Shown piece after piece: positions 51,471 through 61,319 of a stretch of 64,000 bases of DNA. Below the pieces are notes generated by a model, which ran no database searches, was not told the DNA's origin, and worked only from the letters and a program-made list of their open reading frames with translations. A program made the translations under genes and the position numbers. The DNA is from an uncultured candidatus Porisulfidus sp. (lineage in GTDB: Bacteria > Pseudomonadota > Gammaproteobacteria > Poriferisulfidales > Poriferisulfidaceae): NCBI GenBank assembly GCA_965199755.1, contig CBDASZ010000001.1:288001-352000 (forward strand), given 5' to 3'. The first letter of the stretch is position 1. Each line of letters starts with the position of its first letter.

Positions 51471-52639
51471 GCCATCTCCCCGGCCTTCCGCATCGCTTGC
51501 CTCAAGGCTGCAGGGTCTTGTTGCGTGCCGATCTGAATGTGCCAATCAAAGACGGTCGCGTCACCGCCATGGAGCGTATCCGCGCCAGCGCCCATACGAT
51601 TGAGCGACTGGCGGATAAAGGCTGCCGGGTGCTGGTCATGTCGCATCTGGGCCGTCCCAAAGCAGGGCACCATGATGCGTCCGCTTCACTGGAGCCGGTC
51701 GCTCAGGCGCTCTCAAAGCAATTGAAGCGCGAAGTGCATTTCGCGCGTGACTGGATCAATGGCGTGCCGCTGCATGAAGGCGAGATCTGCCTGCTGGAAA
51801 ATGTCCGCTTCCTTCAGGGGGAAGTCGACAACAGTGATACGCTTGGCCAACGCATGGCGGCCCTGTGCGATGTGTTTGTCATGGATGCCTTCGGCAGTGC
51901 CCATCGCGCTCACGCCTCCACCCACGCGGTCGCCCGCCATGCCCCCAGAGTTTGCGCGGGCCCACTCCTGGTTCGCGAACTGCATATGTTGGAGAAGGCC
52001 CTTGAGGACCCGAAGACCCCGGTGCTGTCGATCATCGGCGGTGCCAAGGTGTCTTCCAAACTCGGTGTGCTGGTACATTTGGCGGAAATTTCCGACGCGA
52101 TGATCGTCGGGGGTGGCATCGCCAATACCTTTATGGCGGCGGCAGGACTGCCGATCGGTGACTCGCTGTTCGAACCCGCGCAACTGGAACTCGCCCGCGA
52201 ACTGGAGCACCCGACCGCCGAACATTATGCCCGCGTGCAAGTGCCCCGTGATGTGGTGTGTCTGTGCCCCAAGAGTTCCCAACCTGTGGTACGCGATGCG
52301 CATGATGTGCAGGGCGATGAGAAAATCATGGACGTCGGCCCCAAAACATGCGAGGACTACGCCAGACTGGTGAAGCAGGCACGCACCGTGATCTGGAACG
52401 GACCGCTTGGCGTGTTTGAGGACGAACGCTTTGCGATGGGGACTTTTTCTCTGGGACGGGCGATCGCGGCGAACGAGGGCGCCTTTACGATCGGCGGCGG
52501 CGGTGATACGCTTGCGGCCGTGTCGCAACTACGCATCAAGAGCCGCCTGTCCTATCTCTCCACCGGCGGCGGGGCCTTTCTCGAATATGTGTCGGGACGC
52601 CCACTGCCTGCAGTGGAAGCCCTGCAGGAGGAGGCCTGA
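51467..52639 (+). CDS. pgk: Phosphoglycerate kinase
   Basis: RADLNVP, SHLGRP, WNGPLG and STGGGA motifs. Confidence 0.95.
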   Translation: MSHLPGLPHRLPQGCRVLLRADLNVPIKDGRVTAMERIRASAHTIERLADKGCRVLVMSHLGRPKAGHHDASASLEPVAQALSKQLKREVHFARDWINGVPLHEGEICLLENVRFLQGEVDNSDTLGQRMAALCDVFVMDAFGSAHRAHASTHAVARHAPRVCAGPLLVRELHMLEKALEDPKTPVLSIIGGAKVSSKLGVLVHLAEISDAMIVGGGIANTFMAAAGLPIGDSLFEPAQLELARELEHPTAEHYARVQVPRDVVCLCPKSSQPVVRDAHDVQGDEKIMDVGPKTCEDYARLVKQARTVIWNGPLGVFEDERFAMGTFSLGRAIAANEGAFTIGGGGDTLAAVSQLRIKSRLSYLSTGGGAFLEYVSGRPLPAVEALQEEA

Positions 52640-54123
52640 TGACTGCGCCCACTTCCGCTCTGCGTCACCGACGCACCAAGATCATCGCCACGCTCGGCCC
52701 GGCGACGGATGAGCCGGGTGTGCTGCAGCAATTGATCGACGCCGGCGTCGATGTGGTGCGGCTGAACTTCTCGCATGGCACTGCCGACGAACACCGCGAA
52801 CGCGCCGAACGCATCCGCGAGATGACCGAGCCGGACTACCATCTGGCCATCCTTGGCGATCTGCAAGGCCCCAAGATCCGCATCACGTCATTTCGCGACG
52901 GCCCGGTCACCTTGCAGCCCGGCGATGAGATCACGCTGGACCCGGATTGCGATCCGCAAGACGGCACCGCTGAGCGGGTCGGACTGACGTATCCCAATCT
53001 CGCCGAAGACGTCGCCCTTGAAGATGACCTGCTGCTGGATGATGGTCGATTGGTGCTGCGCGTGCGGGGTCTGGATGGTGAGAAGATTGTCTGTGAGACG
53101 ATCACTGGCGGTCTGCTGCACAACTCCAAGGGACTCAACCGGGCCGGCGGCGGGCTGTCCGCGCCTTCAATCTCCTCCAAGGACCAGCAGGACATCAAGC
53201 TGGCAGCGGAGATCGGGGTGGATTATCTGGCCGTGTCGTACCCGCGCAGCGGCGGCGACATCTACTACGCCCGCGAACTGCTGCGCGAAGCCGGAGTCAA
53301 CGCGCATATGATCGCCAAGATTGAACGGGCTGAAGCGGTGCGCAATCTTGACGAAATTCTGGAAGCCTCCGACGCGATCATGGTCGCGCGTGGAGATCTG
53401 GGCGTGGAAGTGGGAGACCCGGAACTGCCCGCCATTCAGAAACGTCTGATCCGCGAGGCATGGAAGCGCAACCGCGTGGCGATCACCGCTACGCAAATGA
53501 TGGAGTCCATGATCACCAGCACTGTGCCGACCCGCGCGGAAGTGTTCGATGTCGCGAATGCGGTGCTCGACGGCACCGATGCCGTCATGCTGTCGGCGGA
53601 AACCGCCATTGGCAGCAATCCGGTAGAAGCCGTACTGGCGATGAGCCGCATTTGTGGGGGTTCGGAAGATAACGCCGCCGGCGATGTCCTCAATCTGACA
53701 GCAGACGAAGATGAAGAAGCGCTGGAGACGGATGAGGCGATCGCGCTGTCAGCGATTTTCGCGGCCAACCATCTGGATGCCACCGCCATCGCCGCACTGA
53801 CTGAATCAGGCTCCACGCCGAGGCAGATGTCCCGATTTCGCTCCTGCATTCCAATCTACGCCGTCTCGCGCAATCTGGAAACTCGACGTCGGGTCAACCT
53901 CTACCGCGGCGTGTATCCGGTCACGCTCAGTTCCATCAGCACCGACCACGCGCAACTCAACCGCGATCTGGTGGATGCGCTGAAGCGCTATCAAGCGGTC
54001 ACGGATGGCGACCGGGTTATCATCACCAAAGGTGATCTGGCCGGCGTGCAAGGTGGCACTAACGCCTTAAAAGTGGTCGAGGTCGGAGCGATGGCGGAAG
54101 CCCAGGGCGGCACCTTCGAATAA
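52639..54123 (+). CDS. pyk: Pyruvate kinase
   Basis: TKIIATLGP, DLQGPKIR and MVARGDLG motifs. Confidence 0.95.
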   Translation: MTAPTSALRHRRTKIIATLGPATDEPGVLQQLIDAGVDVVRLNFSHGTADEHRERAERIREMTEPDYHLAILGDLQGPKIRITSFRDGPVTLQPGDEITLDPDCDPQDGTAERVGLTYPNLAEDVALEDDLLLDDGRLVLRVRGLDGEKIVCETITGGLLHNSKGLNRAGGGLSAPSISSKDQQDIKLAAEIGVDYLAVSYPRSGGDIYYARELLREAGVNAHMIAKIERAEAVRNLDEILEASDAIMVARGDLGVEVGDPELPAIQKRLIREAWKRNRVAITATQMMESMITSTVPTRAEVFDVANAVLDGTDAVMLSAETAIGSNPVEAVLAMSRICGGSEDNAAGDVLNLTADEDEEALETDEAIALSAIFAANHLDATAIAALTESGSTPRQMSRFRSCIPIYAVSRNLETRRRVNLYRGVYPVTLSSISTDHAQLNRDLVDALKRYQAVTDGDRVIITKGDLAGVQGGTNALKVVEVGAMAEAQGGTFE

Positions 54124-54181
54124 CCATTAGAATGATTCGCTCATTTCGATTTCCCTATAACTCTCAACTCCTGAATCACTC

Positions 54182-55201
54182 ATGAATCAAGACACCTTGC
54201 GCGATACCGCACAAGCCATGGTCGCCCCTGGAAAGGGCATTCTGGCCATGGACGAAAGCCATCCGACCTGCCAGAAGCGCTTTGATGCGCTGGGGATCGA
54301 GTTCACCGAGGGTAACCGTCAGGCGTATCGCGACATGCTGGTGACCGCCGAAGGTCTCGCGGACTGTATCGGTGGCGCTATTCTGTTTGACGAAACCCTG
54401 CGCCAGACCTTGATGGACGGCACCCCGTTTCCGCAACACCTGCAGTCGATCGGAATCGTTCCGGGCATCAAGGTGGACCGCGGTGCCAAGGCATTGGCCG
54501 GACATCCGGGTGAGAAAGTCACAGAAGGACTGGACGGTTTGCGCGAGCGGCTTGAGGAATACTCCGAACTGGGTGCGCGGTTCGCCAAATGGCGGGCGGT
54601 CATTACGATTGGTGAGGAACTGCCCAGTGAGGCTTGTCTGGAAGCCAACGCGCATGCGCTCGCCCGCTACGCTGCACTGTGTCAGGAGGCCGACATTGTG
54701 CCGATTGTGGAGCCCGAAGTACTGATGAACGGGACACATGACATTGAACGTTGTGATGAGGTGACCACCCATACTCTGGAAGTCACTTTCGATCAGCTGG
54801 CGCGTCAGGAAGTCTGGCTGCCGGGCATCGTGCTGAAACCCAGCATGGTCATATCGGGTGATCACTGTCCGGTGCGGGCGGACGTGGGGACGGTCGCGCG
54901 CAAGACGGCTGAATGCCTCAAGCGTACGGTGCCGGCGGAAGTTCCAGGCATTGCGTTTCTGTCAGGCGGACAAAGTGACGAAGAGGCCAGCGCCCATCTG
55001 AACGCCATTAATCAGTATCCGGAATTGCCGTGGGCGGTGACCTTCTCATACGGTCGTGCCCTACAGCAGCAGGCCATGAAGACCTGGTGCGGAAAAGCTG
55101 AAAACCTAGCCGCGGGACAAGCGGCCATCGCCAAACGGGCGCAGATGAATTCGGCTGCCGCAAACGGGACCTGGCAGGCGGATATGGAACAGGCCGCCTG
55201 A
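54182..55201 (+). CDS. Class I fructose-bisphosphate aldolase
   Basis: GKGILAMDES, FAKWR, VEPE, LKPSM and FSYGRAL motifs. Confidence 0.93.
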   Translation: MNQDTLRDTAQAMVAPGKGILAMDESHPTCQKRFDALGIEFTEGNRQAYRDMLVTAEGLADCIGGAILFDETLRQTLMDGTPFPQHLQSIGIVPGIKVDRGAKALAGHPGEKVTEGLDGLRERLEEYSELGARFAKWRAVITIGEELPSEACLEANAHALARYAALCQEADIVPIVEPEVLMNGTHDIERCDEVTTHTLEVTFDQLARQEVWLPGIVLKPSMVISGDHCPVRADVGTVARKTAECLKRTVPAEVPGIAFLSGGQSDEEASAHLNAINQYPELPWAVTFSYGRALQQQAMKTWCGKAENLAAGQAAIAKRAQMNSAAANGTWQADMEQAA

Positions 55202-55211
55202 CGCTTCTCGT

Positions 55212-56261
55212 ATGGCCACAATCCGGGTCCAGGGGATCGACCGAAGTTTCGAGACCCTGGGCGAAGAATCCCTGCTTGACGCGGCCATCCGCGCGGGGAT
55301 CAGCCTTCCTTATGGGTGTGACGCTGGCAACTGCGGGCTGTGCAAAGCCCGACTGATCGAAGGCGCTACCCGCAAAACCCGACAACACGACTACGTCCTG
55401 TCGCGTGCGCAGCAGGCGCATGGCGATTTTCTGATGTGCTCTAACCAGCCGGACGGAGACATCAGCATTGAAGTCGAAATAGCACAGGATATCGCCTCAA
55501 TCCCGACGCAGACTCTGCAGATGAAAGCCCGGCAGGTGGAGCGTGTCGGCGAGGGTTTGCTCAGGCTGCAGATGCGCGTCCCGCGCTCACAACGACTTCG
55601 GTTTATGGCCGGACAGTACGGTGTCTTGACCTTCAGCAATGGTGCGTCCAGTGAAAGCGCCATCGCCAGTTGTCCCTGTGACGAGCGTTTCGTGGAGTTT
55701 CATTTGCGCCAGTTGCCGGATGACGCATTCTCGGAATATGCGTTTCAGTCCTTGCGTACTGGAGAGATGGTGACGCTCGAAGCGCCCGGTGGGCGGTTCA
55801 CGTTCGATGATGATTCGCCACGGCCAGCGGTATTTGTTGCATTTGACACGGGGTTTGCCGCCATCAAAAGCCTGCTCGAACACGTGACCGCGCGTGAGTC
55901 CGAGACACCCATGCACCTGTACCGAATCTGCTGCTCGCGTGAAGACCTGTATCTGGACAATCTGTGCCGTTCCTGGGCCGACGCCCTGGATGAGATCAGT
56001 TACACCTCGCTGATTATTGGAGAGTCGTATGAACGCTGGGCGGCGGAATTGTCTGGCCTTGATCGCGTCGCCGCCATGCTGACACAAGTGGCGGACGATT
56101 ACCCGGATCTCTCCGAATATGACGTTTACGCCTGTGCGCCAGAAGCGGTGGTGGAGCGGTTCGAGGGGTTGGCGCTCAATGCCGGATTGACGCGCAAGCA
56201 GTTTCGCGCGGAAGTGATCCGTGGCAATTCACATACGCGCTGTCTGGGCAGTATTCGCTGA
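55212..56261 (+). CDS. 2Fe-2S ferredoxin:NAD(P)H oxidoreductase-like protein
   Basis: CDAGNCGLC 2Fe-2S motif, RFMAGQY and DTGFAAIKS reductase motifs. Confidence 0.82.
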   Translation: MATIRVQGIDRSFETLGEESLLDAAIRAGISLPYGCDAGNCGLCKARLIEGATRKTRQHDYVLSRAQQAHGDFLMCSNQPDGDISIEVEIAQDIASIPTQTLQMKARQVERVGEGLLRLQMRVPRSQRLRFMAGQYGVLTFSNGASSESAIASCPCDERFVEFHLRQLPDDAFSEYAFQSLRTGEMVTLEAPGGRFTFDDDSPRPAVFVAFDTGFAAIKSLLEHVTARESETPMHLYRICCSREDLYLDNLCRSWADALDEISYTSLIIGESYERWAAELSGLDRVAAMLTQVADDYPDLSEYDVYACAPEAVVERFEGLALNAGLTRKQFRAEVIRGNSHTRCLGSIR

Positions 56262-56289
56262 CCCAAGTCCGGGAAAGCCCGATGCAGGA

Positions 56290-56627
56290 TTATGCGTGGG
56301 CTTCTCTCAAGCTCTGACTAGTGCTATTGTGGCTTTTTTCGGCCTCAGCCGCCTCAGCCAGACGCGCCTGTGCGAGTTCGTAACTCGCCCGCATTCGCAT
56401 CCAGTGATCTGCATTGCCCCAGCCGTTTTTTCTAACGCTAGAGCCATTTTTGCTGATACGCCAGATTTGCCATTCAGCAGTCGCGACAGCGATACCCGAT
56501 CGCACTCAAGCTGTTTTGCTGCTTCCGTTACGCTGCAGCCTAGAGAGTTCATGATCTCACGGACTAACTTACCTAAATGTGGCGGGTTAAGCATCCTAAT
56601 ATCACGCTCATGCTCCATATCTTTCAT
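56290..56627 (-). pseudogene. HigA-family antitoxin, frameshifted at a homopolymer
   Basis: NPPHLG...SVTEAA...LSRLLNG...MALALEK in one frame, WGNADHWMRMRASYEL in another; junction at the T6 run 56426-56431. Confidence 0.75.
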
Positions 56628-56823
56628 TTATAAGTCTCCCTTTTTAGTAGTTTTTATTCACCTCGGTTATATGGTAGCCGATCAAGCCTGCAGCCACGAA
56701 TTTTCCAGTGAATTCGGAGTTTTTTGGACTTCATTGTTCATGTGAGACAAGCCTTTATCCTGGCAGTCCTTTTTGCCCACGTTGTATACTGCATTTCCCT
56801 ATTTTTCACGATGCAAATGCGTC

Positions 56824-59800
56824 ATGATGGCTACACAATCGCCCAAAGACAGCCTCTATAGCGCCGAGTTTGAGCGCGACAGCTGTGGTTTTGGGCTGAT
56901 CGCGCAAATGGATGATGTGCCAAGCCACGGCTTGGTGCAAACGGCGATCCATGCCTTGGGGCGCATGACGCATCGCGGCGCGATCGCGGCTGACGGCAAG
57001 ACCGGCGACGGTTGCGGCTTGCTGTTGAAGATTCCGGCGGATTACTTCCGTGCGGTCGCCGAGCGCGAGCAGTTCTCTATCGGTGAGCGCAATGCGCTGG
57101 CGATGGTGTTTTTGAGTCAGGACGAGGACCAGGCGCAGGCCGGACGCGATGCGCTGGAGAAGCGTCTGGAGGAGCAGGGCTTCAAACCGCGCGGCTGGCG
57201 TGTGGTGCCGATTGACCCGGAGGCGCTGGGCGAACAGGCGCGTGCGTCCATGCCGCGCATTGAGCAGTTGTTCATTGATCTGCTGGGGGCCAACCCGCAG
57301 CACTGCGATGCCTCATTGATGCTGGCGCGGCGACGGGCCGAGCAGGATGCCGCTGCGGACCCGGACTTTTATGTGTGTAGCCTGTCACCGCATGTAGTCA
57401 GTTACAAGGGGCTGATGATGCCGGAATGGCTGCCGCGTTTCTATAAGGATCTGAATGATCCGGCGCTGGAGTCTTCCATTTGCGTGTTTCACCAGCGCTT
57501 CTCCACCAATACCTTGCCGCAGTGGGCGCTGGCGCAGCCGTTTCGCTATCTGGCCCACAATGGCGAAATCAACACCATTCGCGGCAACCGCAACTGGACT
57601 GAGGCGCGCGCGCATACCTTCCGTAGCGCTGACTTGCCAGGACTGGAACAACTGCGCCCGCTGGTGTCAGCCACTGGCTCAGACTCTTACGCTCTCGACA
57701 ACATGCTCGAGGTGCTGCATGCCGGCGGCGTCGACATCTTCCGTGCGATGCGTCTGCTCATTCCACCCGCGTGGCAGCACGCGACCGACATGGAACCTGA
57801 TTTGCGCGCGTTCTACGAATACAGTTCCATGCACATGGAACCGTGGGATGGACCGGCCGGCATTGTGCTGACCGACGGACGCTACGCGGCCTGCGTGCTG
57901 GATCGCAACGGTCTTCGTCCGGCGCGTTACGTCATCACGCGGGATCGTTGCATCATGCTGGCCTCCGAGATTGGCGTACATGACTATGCCGACACCGACG
58001 TGGTGGAGAAAGGCCGGCTGGGTCCGGGTGAGATGCTGGCGGTAGACACACAGACCGGAGACTTGCTGACATCCGCGCAGATCGACCGCATCAACAGCAC
58101 CCGCAATCCGTACTGGAAATGGCTGCAGGAAGGCTCCCGCGAGATGCGCCATCTGGTTGATCATCGGGTGCGGGACTGGGAAGCGTATCCCCGCGCCACG
58201 CTGCGCCAGCACGAGAAGATGTTTGGGGTCAGTTACGAGGAACGCGAGCAGGTGCTGCGGGTGTTGGCCGACGCCGGACAGGAAGCGACCGGATCAATGG
58301 GCGACGACACGCCATTGCCGGTGATGTCGGGCCAGACGCGATCCCTGTATGACTATTTCCGCCAGCAATTTGCGCAAGTGACCAATCCGGCGATTGACTC
58401 CCTGCGTGAGAAAGTGGTGATGTCGCTGGAGACCTGTTTCGGTCAGGAACTGAATCTGTTCGATGAGAGTCCGGACCATGCCATGCGTCTGGTGCTGGAA
58501 TCGCCGGTGCTGACGCACAAGAAGTTCGAGCACCTGCTGATCATTGAGGATGACGACTATCGGCCGTTGCGCCTGGACCTTAATATTGACGCGGACAGCG
58601 ATTTGCGCGAGGCAGTGTGCGCGGTTGCAGAGGAAGCGGTGGCGGCGGTGCGCGACGGCATTGTGCTGCTGATTCTTTCGGATCGGGAGATCGCTCCCGG
58701 CAAGGTCCCCATTCCGGCGCTACTGGCGACCGGCGCGGTGCACCATGCGTTGGTGCGCGAAGGCTTGCGCTGCAAGGCCAATATCGTGGTGGACACCGGC
58801 TCGGCGCGAGACCCGCATCACTTTGCGGCCCTGATTGGCTATGGCGCGACCGCGGTGCATCCGTATCTGGCGTTTCAGTGTCTGGCGGACATGATGCAGA
58901 TGGGAGAGATCGAAAAAGAAACCTTCTCCATCATTGAAGGCCGTTATTGCGCTGGTGTGGACAAGGGACTGCTGAAGATCATCTCGAAAATGGGCATCTC
59001 GGCGATCACCAGCTATCGCGGCGCGCAGTTGTTCGAGGTTGTGGGGCTGTCGCGCGAGGTGGTCGATGTGTGCTTTGTCGGTTCGGTCAGTCGCATTGAA
59101 GGCACCGGCTTCGCCGAGTTGGCCGACGATCAGCGCCATTTGGCGGAACAGGCATGGAGCCTGCGGGATCTGCGGCAGGGTGGTTTGCTGAAGTACGTGC
59201 ACGGTGAGGAATATCACGCCTTCAACCCGGATGTGGTGCAAGCCTTGCAGACGGCGGCGCGCAGCGGTGAGATGACCGATTACCGCAAGTTTAGCGAACT
59301 GGTCAATCAGCGCGACCCGATGGTGCTGCGCGATTTGCTGCAGGTGCGCGAGGGCGCGACACCAGTGCCGCTTGATGAAGTGGAGTCGGCCAGCGACATC
59401 ACCAAGCGCTTTGATTCGGCTGGCATGTCACTCGGTGCACTGTCACCGGATGCGCACGAGACGCTGGCGCTGGCGATGAACCGTCTGGGCGCGCGTTCGA
59501 ACTCTGGTGAAGGCGGAGAAGATCCGAAGCGTCATAGCAGCCCGCGCACCTCCAAAATCAAGCAGGTCGCCTCCGGGCGTTTTGGCGTCACTCCGGCCTA
59601 TCTGGTCAGCGCGGAAGTGCTGCAGATCAAGATCGCACAGGGAGCAAAGCCGGGCGAGGGCGGGCAGTTGCCTGGTCGCAAGGTGAATGAGTTGATTGCC
59701 AAGTTGCGCTACTGCAATCCGGGTGTCACGCTGATCTCGCCGCCGCCGCACCATGATATTTATTCGATTGAGGATCTGGCGCAGTTGATTTTTGACCTCA

Positions 59801-61290
59801 AGCAGGTCAATCCGCAGGCACTGGTGTCAGTCAAACTGGTTGCCTCAGCCGGGGTCGGCACGATCGCCGCGGGCGTAGCCAAGGCGTACGCGGACCTGAT
59901 TACGATTTCCGGTTATGACGGTGGCACAGGCGCGAGTCCGCTCACCAGCATCAAGTATGCGGGTGGACCGTGGGAGCTGGGCATCAGTGAGGCGCAAGTG
60001 GCGCTGCGGGCGAATGACTTGCGCGGCAAGATCCGACTGCAGGCGGACGGCGGCCTCAAGACCGGACTTGATGTGATTAAAGCGGCCTTGCTGGGTGCGG
60101 AAAGTTTCGGGTTTGGCACCGCGCCGATGGTCGCCATGGGTTGCAAGTATTTGCGCATCTGTCATCTGAACAACTGCGCGACCGGAGTCGCGACTCAGAA
60201 CAAGGTGCTGCGTCGGGATCATTTCATCGGTGAGGCGGACATGGTGGTCAACTACTTCCAGCTGGTGGCTGAAGAGGTGCGTGAATGGCTGGCGGCGCTG
60301 GGCGTGCGGCGTATGGAAGAACTGATTGGCCGCACCGACTTGCTGGAAATTCAAGACGGCGCGACGGCGCGTCAGCAGCGGCTGGACTTGCGCCCGCTAT
60401 TGTCTGATGGCGGGGTGTCGGAGGATCTGCCGCGCTACTGCCAGAGCGATTCCAACCCTTCGTTTGACAAGGGTGAACTGGCGGAGCAGATGGTGCGCGA
60501 TTGCCAGATGGCGATTCGCGACAAGAGTGGTGGCGAATTTCACTACACGATCAACAACACGGCGCGTTCGATCGGGGCGCGGGTGTCTGGAGAGATTGCG
60601 CGACAGCATGGCGACCTGGGAATGGCGCAGGCACCGCTGGTGTTGCGCTTCACCGGTACAGCGGGGCAGAGTTTCGGGGTCTGGAATGCCGGCGGACTGC
60701 ATTTGTATCTGAAAGGAGACGCGAATGACTACGTGGGTAAAGGCATGGCGGGCGGCAAACTGGTGCTGCGTCCGAGTGAGGGCCTTGCGCTGGCGGCGCA
60801 TCAAACACCGATCATGGGCAATACCTGCCTGTATGGAGCGACCGGCGGCAAATTGTTCGCGGCGGGTCAGGCAGGCGAGCGTTTTGCGATCCGCAATTCC
60901 GGCGCGTTGGCAGTAGTGGAAGGCATTGGCGATCATGGATGTGAATACATGACCGGCGGTGCGGTGGTGGTTCTTGGAGAGAGCGGAATCAACTTTGGTT
61001 CCGGCATGACCGGCGGCTTCGCGCTGGTGCTCGATGAGCGCCAGAGTTTCCCGGAGCGCTGCAATAAGGAAATGATCGTATGGAAATCACTGGCGTCCGA
61101 TGAATGCTCGGACTACCAGGTGTACTTGCGGAAGGTGCTGATGGAGCACTGTGGCGAGACCGCAAGTGTTAGAGGGCAGCAGATTCTGGAGCAGTTCACG
61201 CAGTGGCTGCCCAAATTCTGGCTGGTGTCACCTAAGGAGGCTCAGCTCGAAATCCCACCGCCATTGGTTGGGATTCGCGAGGCGGCGTAG
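56824..61290 (+). CDS. gltB: Glutamate synthase large subunit
   Basis: ERDSCGFG, HQRFSTNT, QGAKPGEGG and CHLNNC motifs. Confidence 0.97.
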   Translation: MMATQSPKDSLYSAEFERDSCGFGLIAQMDDVPSHGLVQTAIHALGRMTHRGAIAADGKTGDGCGLLLKIPADYFRAVAEREQFSIGERNALAMVFLSQDEDQAQAGRDALEKRLEEQGFKPRGWRVVPIDPEALGEQARASMPRIEQLFIDLLGANPQHCDASLMLARRRAEQDAAADPDFYVCSLSPHVVSYKGLMMPEWLPRFYKDLNDPALESSICVFHQRFSTNTLPQWALAQPFRYLAHNGEINTIRGNRNWTEARAHTFRSADLPGLEQLRPLVSATGSDSYALDNMLEVLHAGGVDIFRAMRLLIPPAWQHATDMEPDLRAFYEYSSMHMEPWDGPAGIVLTDGRYAACVLDRNGLRPARYVITRDRCIMLASEIGVHDYADTDVVEKGRLGPGEMLAVDTQTGDLLTSAQIDRINSTRNPYWKWLQEGSREMRHLVDHRVRDWEAYPRATLRQHEKMFGVSYEEREQVLRVLADAGQEATGSMGDDTPLPVMSGQTRSLYDYFRQQFAQVTNPAIDSLREKVVMSLETCFGQELNLFDESPDHAMRLVLESPVLTHKKFEHLLIIEDDDYRPLRLDLNIDADSDLREAVCAVAEEAVAAVRDGIVLLILSDREIAPGKVPIPALLATGAVHHALVREGLRCKANIVVDTGSARDPHHFAALIGYGATAVHPYLAFQCLADMMQMGEIEKETFSIIEGRYCAGVDKGLLKIISKMGISAITSYRGAQLFEVVGLSREVVDVCFVGSVSRIEGTGFAELADDQRHLAEQAWSLRDLRQGGLLKYVHGEEYHAFNPDVVQALQTAARSGEMTDYRKFSELVNQRDPMVLRDLLQVREGATPVPLDEVESASDITKRFDSAGMSLGALSPDAHETLALAMNRLGARSNSGEGGEDPKRHSSPRTSKIKQVASGRFGVTPAYLVSAEVLQIKIAQGAKPGEGGQLPGRKVNELIAKLRYCNPGVTLISPPPHHDIYSIEDLAQLIFDLKQVNPQALVSVKLVASAGVGTIAAGVAKAYADLITISGYDGGTGASPLTSIKYAGGPWELGISEAQVALRANDLRGKIRLQADGGLKTGLDVIKAALLGAESFGFGTAPMVAMGCKYLRICHLNNCATGVATQNKVLRRDHFIGEADMVVNYFQLVAEEVREWLAALGVRRMEELIGRTDLLEIQDGATARQQRLDLRPLLSDGGVSEDLPRYCQSDSNPSFDKGELAEQMVRDCQMAIRDKSGGEFHYTINNTARSIGARVSGEIARQHGDLGMAQAPLVLRFTGTAGQSFGVWNAGGLHLYLKGDANDYVGKGMAGGKLVLRPSEGLALAAHQTPIMGNTCLYGATGGKLFAAGQAGERFAIRNSGALAVVEGIGDHGCEYMTGGAVVVLGESGINFGSGMTGGFALVLDERQSFPERCNKEMIVWKSLASDECSDYQVYLRKVLMEHCGETASVRGQQILEQFTQWLPKFWLVSPKEAQLEIPPPLVGIREAA

Positions 61291-61319
61291 TCCCCGGGTC
61301 CCGGGGCGCGTCGAGTGCC

